Translations under genes and position numbers: made by a program
From: an uncultured virus (IMG/VR IMGVR_UViG_3300032093_000079)
Taxonomy: Duplodnaviria; Heunggongvirae; Uroviricota; Caudoviricetes
IMG/VR virus record: IMGVR_UViG_3300032093_000079
Strand: one strand, 5' to 3'
DNA: 64,000 nt
Notes under the pieces: generated by a model
What the model saw: only the letters and a program-made list of their open reading frames with translations
Database searches by the model: none
Told to the model about the DNA's origin: nothing
Part shown: in pieces, positions 56,851-64,000 of the stretch
Numbering within the stretch: the first letter of the stretch is position 1
Layout: the number at the start of each line of letters is the position of its first letter

Positions 56851-58572
56851 TTAAAGCTGACCTTCACCAGAAGTTTCTCCTCCCTCCTTCACCTCGCCAC
56901 CTCCTTCTGCCGGAGCTGCAGCGGCGGCTGCTGGAGCGCCTCCTCCTGGAGCAGGTGGAGCACCGCCTGGAGCACCGCCTGGAGCGGCAGCGGCTGCTGC
57001 AGCCTCTTCATCTTTGATCTGTTGATCAAACCATGTCTTGTTGGCTTCGATCTCAACATCTGTCATTTTAAGCTCCTCTCTAATCAAGTATTCAGTAGCA
57101 AAGTATGGAGTTCCATCGTCTTTCATGATTCCTTTCTTAGCGGTGAATGCAGCGATTCGTTTAGCTTCAATATCATTCTTCTTCATCTCCTCAAAGACGT
57201 TATCGTTGTGATACTTAACTCCTATCGCGTTGTTAAACTTATAATCATCGGCAAGTTCCGGAAAATCTAAACACATTTGTAAGTACCAAGGTTTCACCAT
57301 CATTTCTGAAAAGGCCGATCTTAATCGATTAATAAATTTCTGATACCTAACTTCTTCCCTAGTTATACCCTCAGCATTGAGAGTAAACGCACCCATTCCA
57401 GATTGACCTTCCCACCTAGAATAAGGAATCTTAGAATCCATTTTTAGTTTTTTATAGAAGTAATTTAAGAGCTCTGAGCCAGAAAGGTTTGGTCCAGGAG
57501 TCTGAAGAGTCTCGATCTTTACTTGCTGGTTTTGGTCGTTTACCGGCATGATATAATTCTTATAGAACATGATGTTTGGTTTACCATCAACGTTTAATTC
57601 TCCAGTGTCCCCATTAAAATAAATATCCTCTTTAAATAAGTTTAAGAACTCTCGAACGTCTTCCTGTCCTTTTTGAAAGCTTTTACTTCCAATGGGAACT
57701 GTTGTAGTAAGTCGGATTGGAGCATTCATTACGTGCCAAATAACTTTACTGTGTTCAACTATCCTTAATAGGTTAAAGGATCTAATCAATCGTTCAACAA
57801 AGCTAACGCGTTTGGTCCTAAAATGATTAGCATAAGAAATATAGATCACCTGAGAATCGTTAAGAACCCTGGTAGAACCAGTCTGCTGATCGTACTGTAA
57901 CCACTGTAAAAAGATCTTGCCCTTAGCATCCTTTTGTAATTGAGGGGCTATGCTGGCGGGATCCAATTCCTTAAATCCAATTATCTCTTTAGGTTTTTCT
58001 AGATTATCATAGATGATCTCAAAGGAAAGGTGACCTTCTACCAAGAACTGGAAGGCATATTGCCATGCAGCGATACCTTCGGCGAATCCCCAAGAATTAT
58101 AAACTCTTTCAAAGTTATCATTGTACTTTTTAAGTACTTTTTCTTGAAAGTTTAAACGCTCTTCTTTAGTATCACCACGATAAAAGATCTTGCCCGTTAG
58201 GTCCCTAGGATAGAGAAAACGTTGTTCCTCATCGTAGACTATCATGTCATCAACGATGGTCTCAAGAACAAACTCGATTTCTCCATTGGAGGCAACATCC
58301 CTTAGTCTTTCTCTCTTAACTACATAGTCCAATTGAAAAAAGGCAATTGCTTTGGTTCTTAGTTGAGAAGTAGTATCTGAGATGGCCATTGAGAACTTAA
58401 GAAGCTCGTCATTTGCGTTTAGTCTAGACGTTCTAGACTGTAGCTGGCTTTCGATAAAACCGATCGCTTGTGAGTTTCTAAGCAAAAGGTCTTCGTGTCG
58501 AGTACCAAACTTACTTAAGCTTGATAGCGTGCCGCTTACTTTTTTTCCTGATGTGTCTAAAAATCCTGCCAT
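56851..58572 (-). CDS. Portal protein, T4 gp20-like
   Basis: IETLQ.PG.NL, YFYKKL...SKIPYSR, ITREEVRYQKFINRLRSAF; Ala/Gly/Pro tail. Confidence 0.88.
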   Translation of the reverse strand: MAGFLDTSGKKVSGTLSSLSKFGTRHEDLLLRNSQAIGFIESQLQSRTSRLNANDELLKFSMAISDTTSQLRTKAIAFFQLDYVVKRERLRDVASNGEIEFVLETIVDDMIVYDEEQRFLYPRDLTGKIFYRGDTKEERLNFQEKVLKKYNDNFERVYNSWGFAEGIAAWQYAFQFLVEGHLSFEIIYDNLEKPKEIIGFKELDPASIAPQLQKDAKGKIFLQWLQYDQQTGSTRVLNDSQVIYISYANHFRTKRVSFVERLIRSFNLLRIVEHSKVIWHVMNAPIRLTTTVPIGSKSFQKGQEDVREFLNLFKEDIYFNGDTGELNVDGKPNIMFYKNYIMPVNDQNQQVKIETLQTPGPNLSGSELLNYFYKKLKMDSKIPYSRWEGQSGMGAFTLNAEGITREEVRYQKFINRLRSAFSEMMVKPWYLQMCLDFPELADDYKFNNAIGVKYHNDNVFEEMKKNDIEAKRIAAFTAKKGIMKDDGTPYFATEYLIREELKMTDVEIEANKTWFDQQIKDEEAAAAAAAPGGAPGGAPPAPGGGAPAAAAAAPAEGGGEVKEGGETSGEGQL

Positions 58573-58573
58573 A

Positions 58574-59194
58574 TTATGATAATGTATTTGTTAAAAAGTC
58601 TTCCCAGACCACTGCCAGATTTATTGGATCTGGAAACATGCCCTCTATAGTAAGCGCAGGATTGACTAGCATGCCGAAGTTATCCCAGTCTATTAATCGA
58701 GCCTCAAGTATTTGGTCCATGTTATATTTATTTATTGCGTAATTTAAGTTGTTTACCCCAAGTATAGTGCTCAAGGCCGAAGGAGTGATAAGATAGAACC
58801 TCTGATCGATTAATCTTCTCTCTTCAATAGAACGAAGAGCGCCGTCCTTATCGAACAAGTTATTTAGACCGTTGAGCTGAGAAAACTTCCAGTATGCTTC
58901 GAGGATCTTTGCGCTTGCCCTAGGCGGCATCGCCTTTAGGTTTAAGACAAGAGCAGTCTCTTTCCAATTATCGTGAAATAATAAAAGACCGACTGGGCTT
59001 AGATCCATGTAATTTTTACCGGAAATCTCTCTAACGATTTCTTCGGTTAGGCTTGGAACTTCTACCTGTGCCCTAAAGGAGTAAAACCTTCCTGGAATGA
59101 CCTCATTTCTTCTTTGAACAATTCCTATTCTTCGAGCCGACTCGTTAAGTGATAGGGATCCATCGTTCTTTTGTATGTCTTTAAAGTCTTTCAC
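58574..59194 (-). CDS. Hypothetical protein, possibly T4 gp2 (DNA end protector)-like
   Basis: PGRFYSF...D.SP...LNL..MPP...AINKY; adjacent to gp4. Confidence 0.45.
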   Translation of the reverse strand: MKDFKDIQKNDGSLSLNESARRIGIVQRRNEVIPGRFYSFRAQVEVPSLTEEIVREISGKNYMDLSPVGLLLFHDNWKETALVLNLKAMPPRASAKILEAYWKFSQLNGLNNLFDKDGALRSIEERRLIDQRFYLITPSALSTILGVNNLNYAINKYNMDQILEARLIDWDNFGMLVNPALTIEGMFPDPINLAVVWEDFLTNTLS

Positions 59195-59202
59195 CTAATA
59201 TT

Positions 59203-59703
59203 CTACACCTTATTGAACAGAAAGTTTTCTGTAATTATTCCAAACCTCATATTATTCTTTTTGGCATAAACTTTTGCTGCCCTAAACTTAGCATCATTGA
59301 TGATGTAAGCTTTAGCGTGTCTAGCATAATTAAGAGTCGCCTTCTCAGTCAATCTATTTGGAGCTTCGGGTGGAGTCAGATACTTTTGAGGCTTGACCTC
59401 AATGAGCCATTTTGTGATCTCTCCATCCGGCGACTTGGTTGCCATGTAACAGTCAACCCAATAAGTAGATTCTTTTTTTAGGATCGGATTCCAATAGGCG
59501 ATTGGAACGGGTTCGGATGCATATTCGACTACTGCTTCAGTGTTATCACAGTAGGATAGAAACTTAAGTTCCCAGCTTGATCTGTAAATTATCTTTGAAA
59601 CGTCTCCCGAATATTTTTCAGGATTCATTGGAGTAAAATAACCTTGTTTGACCTTTCCTTTTTGAGGTTTTAGAAAGTCATGTATGTCTCGTTCTTGTTT
59701 CAT
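59203..59703 (-). CDS. Head completion nuclease, T4 gp4-like (TnsA-type PD-(D/E)xK)
   Basis: P.NPEKY.GD...IIYRSSWELKF..YCD, ASE, IEVKP, N.AK..AA, F.IITE. Confidence 0.9.
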   Translation of the reverse strand: MKQERDIHDFLKPQKGKVKQGYFTPMNPEKYSGDVSKIIYRSSWELKFLSYCDNTEAVVEYASEPVPIAYWNPILKKESTYWVDCYMATKSPDGEITKWLIEVKPQKYLTPPEAPNRLTEKATLNYARHAKAYIINDAKFRAAKVYAKKNNMRFGIITENFLFNKV

Positions 59704-59721
59704 ATTAATTATTTATTTAAT

Positions 59722-59750
59722 AAAAAACCCGCCTCGGTTAGGTGGCGGGT
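59722..59750 (-). terminator. Rho-independent terminator
   Basis: AAAAAACCCGCC...GGCGGGT hairpin with T-run on the minus strand. Confidence 0.7.
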
Positions 59751-59781
59751 CAAGCAAACTCTTAATATGTCAAAATTAAGA

Positions 59782-60090
59782 TTATCCTAAGTATTTTTCG
59801 ATTAGTCCATCAGCGTCGTCTGGACCAAGCTTTCCTTTTTCTACTAGTTTTACCAATAGTGCAGCGATCGCCAGTTTTTCTGGCATGTCGTCTTCTGACA
59901 TTTCAACGTCTCCTTTTTCTGCTGCTTCTGCAAGATCAGAATAAGCGCCCTCAGCTGCCTCTTCGATGTCTTCCTCTGAACCGACTAGCTCAACTAGTTC
60001 ATCGAACAAAGATTCATCGATCTCAAATGGAATTTCAGATTCTTCCATTTCATTTAGTTTATATTCTCTAAAAGACATTACTCTTTTCAT
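59782..60090 (-). CDS. Small acidic protein with CTS-like N-terminus
   Basis: MKRVMSFREYKLNE. Confidence 0.6.
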   Translation of the reverse strand: MKRVMSFREYKLNEMEESEIPFEIDESLFDELVELVGSEEDIEEAAEGAYSDLAEAAEKGDVEMSEDDMPEKLAIAALLVKLVEKGKLGPDDADGLIEKYLG

Positions 60091-60115
60091 GAAGTTTTAA
60101 TTTTTTATTATTTAT

Positions 60116-61252
60116 TTAAACATAGAGCAAATCTAATGGAGATTCAGAAAAGTATTGTAAAACTGTTGCATTGAAGGAGTCGAACGTGAGGGAGCTATCG
60201 TGCTTAAGCATGAACGAATATAGGTCATTCACATCCTTAATGAGTCTAACGTTCCGATAATCCGCATTGTACTTTTTTCGAAGATCTGCCATCATCTTAT
60301 TCCATAAAAATACTCGATATCCCTTTTTAATCAAGTCGACCGATTGTGTCTTACCCGCAACATCACTATCAAATAGGATCAAAGTATTTGATTTACTTAA
60401 TAGGTTTTCAAGTAACAGCTTGCTCTTGGAGATGCCAGTCGTTGCAATCGAGTTATTTAAAAACATCGCATCAATCTGGCCCTCAGTCACTAGAATGGGT
60501 TTTGAGAAATCGACATTTAGCACATTAAAATAGTTGTTGATCGAATCGATATCAGAAACGATATCGTCTTCAACGTTTCGAACAAGACCGTTCTTCTTTA
60601 GTTCAGAGTAGTTTTTAATCAGGTATTTTGGTCCAATTACATCTTCTCCGATTCGACGTATCGCGAATCCTAGGACCTTACCTGACTTGAGATCAATATT
60701 AAATAAATAGATCTTATCGTCTCGAGAGTCAAAGTATGCACACTCATTAAAAAGAGGAAGGTCTAGCAGGCTTCGATTTCGGATGAAGGAGCCGACTCTT
60801 GAGTCAGCATCAGCCTCACAGCACGGAGACAGCGAAAAACGGTCAACCATTGCATCTATTCTTAGCAGGTGGTCACCGACGTTCTTACTAATTAAAAATT
60901 CTATGAGCGAGCCTCTCTTCTTCCTAGTCGTCTGAGGAGTCCATTTTACTTCAGGAGACTTTATGTCAGGAACACCCAACGAATATTTAAGAGAAAACTT
61001 TGAAATAAACTTAGTGAGATCTACCTTTACTCCACAACCATCATTATAACACTTATAGAAGCTACGATCAGGATATAAGTTTCCTCTCTTTTTTCGAGAA
61101 TCGGATTTGGAGTCTCCGCAATATGGACAAGCAAAATTAATTTTATCGCCAGACTCGTATACTTCTTGCTTAAATCGATCTTCGGGAAACCTCTTTTTTA
61201 AGAGATCTTTTATGAATTGGTGTATGTTGTATCCAGTCAATAGGTTAATCAT
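60116..61252 (-). CDS. DNA primase, T4 gp61-like
   Basis: NFACPYCGDS...KCYNDGC zinc finger; TOPRIM VTEGQIDAMF, FDSD.AG, KDVND. Confidence 0.9.
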   Translation of the reverse strand: MINLLTGYNIHQFIKDLLKKRFPEDRFKQEVYESGDKINFACPYCGDSKSDSRKKRGNLYPDRSFYKCYNDGCGVKVDLTKFISKFSLKYSLGVPDIKSPEVKWTPQTTRKKRGSLIEFLISKNVGDHLLRIDAMVDRFSLSPCCEADADSRVGSFIRNRSLLDLPLFNECAYFDSRDDKIYLFNIDLKSGKVLGFAIRRIGEDVIGPKYLIKNYSELKKNGLVRNVEDDIVSDIDSINNYFNVLNVDFSKPILVTEGQIDAMFLNNSIATTGISKSKLLLENLLSKSNTLILFDSDVAGKTQSVDLIKKGYRVFLWNKMMADLRKKYNADYRNVRLIKDVNDLYSFMLKHDSSLTFDSFNATVLQYFSESPLDLLYV

Positions 61253-62678
61253 TTTCTTCCTCTAATTCAAGAACAGGATTATTTTTCTCCTTTTTCTTAG
61301 TCATTCTCTTCAAGTACTTATCTAGTTCCGGCTTGGGCACAATCGTTGTGTTTAGACCATATCGTGTGATGACTCCCAAATATTCTTGAAAATCTTCTTC
61401 TGGAATTTCAGCATCGGGGTTACCGATCATCTTCCAAAATTTCTCTGGAACCTCAACGTATTCCAATGTCTCTTGATCAACGATGTATAAAGGATAAATC
61501 TCAGCATCAGTTAAAACCTTTTTGCTCTTTACTGTGACGACATCGACTGACCTTTTTAGATTGATATCGAGCGAACTCATCTTCATTGCAGTAAGAAGAC
61601 GATTGACAGGTTCGACTATTAGCGAAAAGAATTGAGCATCGATATCCATCAGCAGAGCGATTTCATCCGGATATGTTCCAGGAGAATATGCAAAGACGTC
61701 GTGACCTCCATCATTTGTTTCAGGATTGCAATAATAAAACTTGATCTTGTCCTTTTCTCTAATCTTAGGGTATTTTTCAACAAGTCCCGTCTTGATCAGG
61801 ATGTGATTATAGATGGCGGCTGCCCTAGGGAAGATGGAAATTCCTTTTTTAAGTTCCAATCTCTCTTCACTAGCAACGTATTTATTGTATATTCTGATAT
61901 TAAAGTTAAATGCAAGATCGTCAGGATGCAGGGAAAGAGCTTCATTTTTAAGAGCAGTAAGTCGAGGCACGATATCTTTTTCAATATCAAGACGTTTACC
62001 TCGATCCATAATGAAAGACGTGAGATCGATTAGCTTTTCTCTAGCCCAGATTGGATATGATCCTTTTACTGGTTCAAGACCCTTGATTATTAGATACCTT
62101 TTTTGTTGAGGCTCAAGCTCATAGTTTGGATTGGGTTCGTATGCGACTCGAATGGCATAGTTCTTCTTTTTAAGCCAGATTCCAGTCTCAGAAAGGTTTT
62201 CTAATTTGAACTTAAGTCGATTCTTAGTATTAAACAGACGCCCATATTTTTCAAAACAAATATCAAAGTAATTAGAGAGTCGATATCGATCGATGTTGAT
62301 ACATATATTCAATGCTTCGTCTTTTGTAAAGCTAGCCCCTACTATTGAGTCAAGTGCAGAGTCAAACTGGACATAGATTGAATCAGTATCTGTGTAGATC
62401 GCAGCCTCGTCTTCTATCTTATTAATAGTATATCCATCGATTCCTAATTTTTGATGTAACTCAGTATCAAGATGCCATTTTTCTAAAAAATAGTGATTTA
62501 CTGCTTTAATTGAAAACTTAATTAGATCCTGTCCCTGTAAAGTGATGGACTGCGCAATATCTGGATTGTAAAAATAGAACCACTTGTTTCCAAAGGCACC
62601 ATAAATAGAGTTAATTAAGATCTTAATCGCATTCTGTTTAAGGTCTAATTTTTTAATTTGTTTTTCTTTGTTTTCCAT
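61245..62678 (-). CDS. Family B DNA polymerase, C-terminal subunit of a split enzyme
   Basis: Begins at motif B (KILINSIYGAFGN); ITLQG, YTDTDS, KKNY; lacks exonuclease and motif A. Confidence 0.88.
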   Translation of the reverse strand: MENKEKQIKKLDLKQNAIKILINSIYGAFGNKWFYFYNPDIAQSITLQGQDLIKFSIKAVNHYFLEKWHLDTELHQKLGIDGYTINKIEDEAAIYTDTDSIYVQFDSALDSIVGASFTKDEALNICINIDRYRLSNYFDICFEKYGRLFNTKNRLKFKLENLSETGIWLKKKNYAIRVAYEPNPNYELEPQQKRYLIIKGLEPVKGSYPIWAREKLIDLTSFIMDRGKRLDIEKDIVPRLTALKNEALSLHPDDLAFNFNIRIYNKYVASEERLELKKGISIFPRAAAIYNHILIKTGLVEKYPKIREKDKIKFYYCNPETNDGGHDVFAYSPGTYPDEIALLMDIDAQFFSLIVEPVNRLLTAMKMSSLDINLKRSVDVVTVKSKKVLTDAEIYPLYIVDQETLEYVEVPEKFWKMIGNPDAEIPEEDFQEYLGVITRYGLNTTIVPKPELDKYLKRMTKKKEKNNPVLELEEEND

Positions 62679-62827
62679 GTAGTTTTATACTTTATTTTTA
62701 AAAACTGGTTTAATGGTGATAAGATACTATTTTTTCATGAGGATTTTATGGTCTGTTTGAATCTATCGAGAGATCATCCATACAAGATCGAGTGGATTTC
62801 AAAATAAATAATAAAAAGAAGATAGCT

Positions 62828-63454
62828 ATGGAAGACCATAACTACAAAGAGGCGGAGGGAAAACTATTGGACCTAAGGAAGGTTCTTCCATTTATGGCAG
62901 AATTTCCTTTTCCTGATTATGAGATTACTGTTGTAGAAAAAGGCAGTAGTTTTGTTTCGTTAGGAATATCTCCGATCCTAATCAATGCATTCGGCGACAC
63001 CGGAACATCAGCTATCGTTAATTTTGATTATCCTGAATCCGACTCAAACGTAACTATCTCAATCTATAAAGATGACATTGAGTGGATTGCCCAAGAATCT
63101 AATAAGATTAAAAAGATGGATAAACTTCGACTTCTATTGGACCTATCTCTGGAAAGTGATAACTTGATTGAAAAAATAAAGGCAATTCGAGTGGGTAAAA
63201 AATTCATTCGATTATTGGATTGTGAAAACTTTACTGAGTTTGATGTAGGCGACGTCATCTCTGATTTTATTTTGATCTATGAGACGGTCCTTCCTTCAAA
63301 GGTAAAATTGGCTTTGCAAAAACTAAGCGAATCTGCGTTAAAATCCACTGAATTTTCAGAAAAACAATTTAAAGTAGCGACAGCTTTTCTTAATTTTCAA
63401 ATCCACTATATAAAGATCCTACTAGGGATCGTGATTGCAGCTAAAATATATTAA
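62828..63454 (+). CDS. Hypothetical protein
   Basis: Likely start MEDHNY after ATAAATAA. Confidence 0.6.
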   Translation: MEDHNYKEAEGKLLDLRKVLPFMAEFPFPDYEITVVEKGSSFVSLGISPILINAFGDTGTSAIVNFDYPESDSNVTISIYKDDIEWIAQESNKIKKMDKLRLLLDLSLESDNLIEKIKAIRVGKKFIRLLDCENFTEFDVGDVISDFILIYETVLPSKVKLALQKLSESALKSTEFSEKQFKVATAFLNFQIHYIKILLGIVIAAKIY

Positions 63455-63457
63455 CAC

Positions 63458-64000
63458 ATGGCAAAAAAAAGATTAAGTAAAGAGGAATTAGAGGATATTG
63501 AAACTTGGCAAAGAGAGCGAGAGGCACTAACGACTGCAAAAATGTTTACTAATAAAATAGAGATAAAATGCAGATCTAAAGCTCAAAAGGACGCGATGAA
63601 TGCGATAGAAAACCACGATATCTCTATCGTGACCGGTCCTCCAGGAACAGGTAAGACTTATCTTTCTTGTGCTCGAGCTCTCAAGTACTTAAAGGAGGAT
63701 CCTGGAACCTACAAAAAGATCATCTTAATAAAATCAGTTAACGTGCCCAAGGACGAGGAGATCGGATATTTAAAAGGAACGCTAGAAGAAAAAATGGAGA
63801 TGTACATGTATCCATTCATCTCAAATTTTCACAAAGTAATAGGTAAACAGGCTACTGAGTCGTTAAAAGCGAATGGGGCGATTGAGATCTTGCCTATCAA
63901 ATTTGCATTGGGCGTAACTCTAGACAATGCAATAATCCTGGTCGACGAAGCTCAACAGATCGCAAAGGACCATCTTCATACTCTCATAACTAGGATCGGA
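63458..64000 (+). CDS. phoH: PhoH-family ATPase (truncated by window edge)
   Basis: Hand translation: TGPPGTGKTYLS, IGYLKGTLEEKM, ILVDEAQ, LITRIG. Confidence 0.9.
   Translation, partial: MAKKRLSKEELEDIETWQREREALTTAKMFTNKIEIKCRSKAQKDAMNAIENHDISIVTGPPGTGKTYLSCARALKYLKEDPGTYKKIILIKSVNVPKDEEIGYLKGTLEEKMEMYMYPFISNFHKVIGKQATESLKANGAIEILPIKFALGVTLDNAIILVDEAQQIAKDHLHTLITRIG

Noticed and set aside
56870..57005. GC-rich short direct repeats (GGAGCACCGCCT)
   Set aside because: Explained by the low-complexity Ala/Pro/Gly tail of the portal protein; likewise the GCN runs at about 18670-18700 encode poly-Ala
1..64000. Stop-codon reassignment
   Set aside because: Conserved genes are intact under the standard code, and TAA, TAG and TGA all terminate genes with tight packing
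1..64000. tRNA or rRNA genes
   Set aside because: No cloverleaf with convincing T-loop/D-loop found by eye; a tRNAscan run would be needed to exclude them fully
1..64000. Bacterial chromosome origin of the window
   Set aside because: T4-like portal, gp4, gp13, gp25, primase and PolB, plus dense small ORFs and late-type promoters, indicate a phage; the metabolic genes are typical phage auxiliaries

Overview
The window is a 64-kb segment of a large T4-like (jumbo myovirus-type) phage genome. The host is probably a Bacteroidota, inferred from accessory gene families and small lipoproteins. The right end holds core genes: neck gp13-like, baseplate gp25-like, portal gp20, gp4 head-completion nuclease, primase, the C-terminal half of a split family-B DNA polymerase, and a partial PhoH. 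The rest is an accessory mosaic of two interleaved gene classes. The first is mostly minus-strand genes behind a TTTAA-N15-17-TAGTAT(A/T)ATA motif: Thg1, a Prs/NAMPT NAD-salvage cassette resembling NARP1, HAD phosphatases, GNAT, M28 peptidase and SPFH. The second is mostly plus-strand genes behind a T4-late-like GATAAATAA motif. More than 20 of these begin with a peptide resembling the T4 capsid-targeting sequence (MKTYQEFIAE). Main findings: (1) a class III nucleotidyl cyclase + patatin phospholipase operon, a Pycsar/CBASS-like hybrid; (2) a large putative capsid-packaged enzyme cargo set; (3) a polar 10-bp motif ACTCCGTAGT clustered around a solitary late-promoter serine recombinase; (4) 5'-leader/3'-trailer complementarity bracketing whole transcription units; (5) a DUF1566 gene with a DGR variable-region signature but no local RT; (6) three unrelated proteins sharing an N-terminal FINWG module. 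All calls come from reading motifs by eye; no database searches were run.
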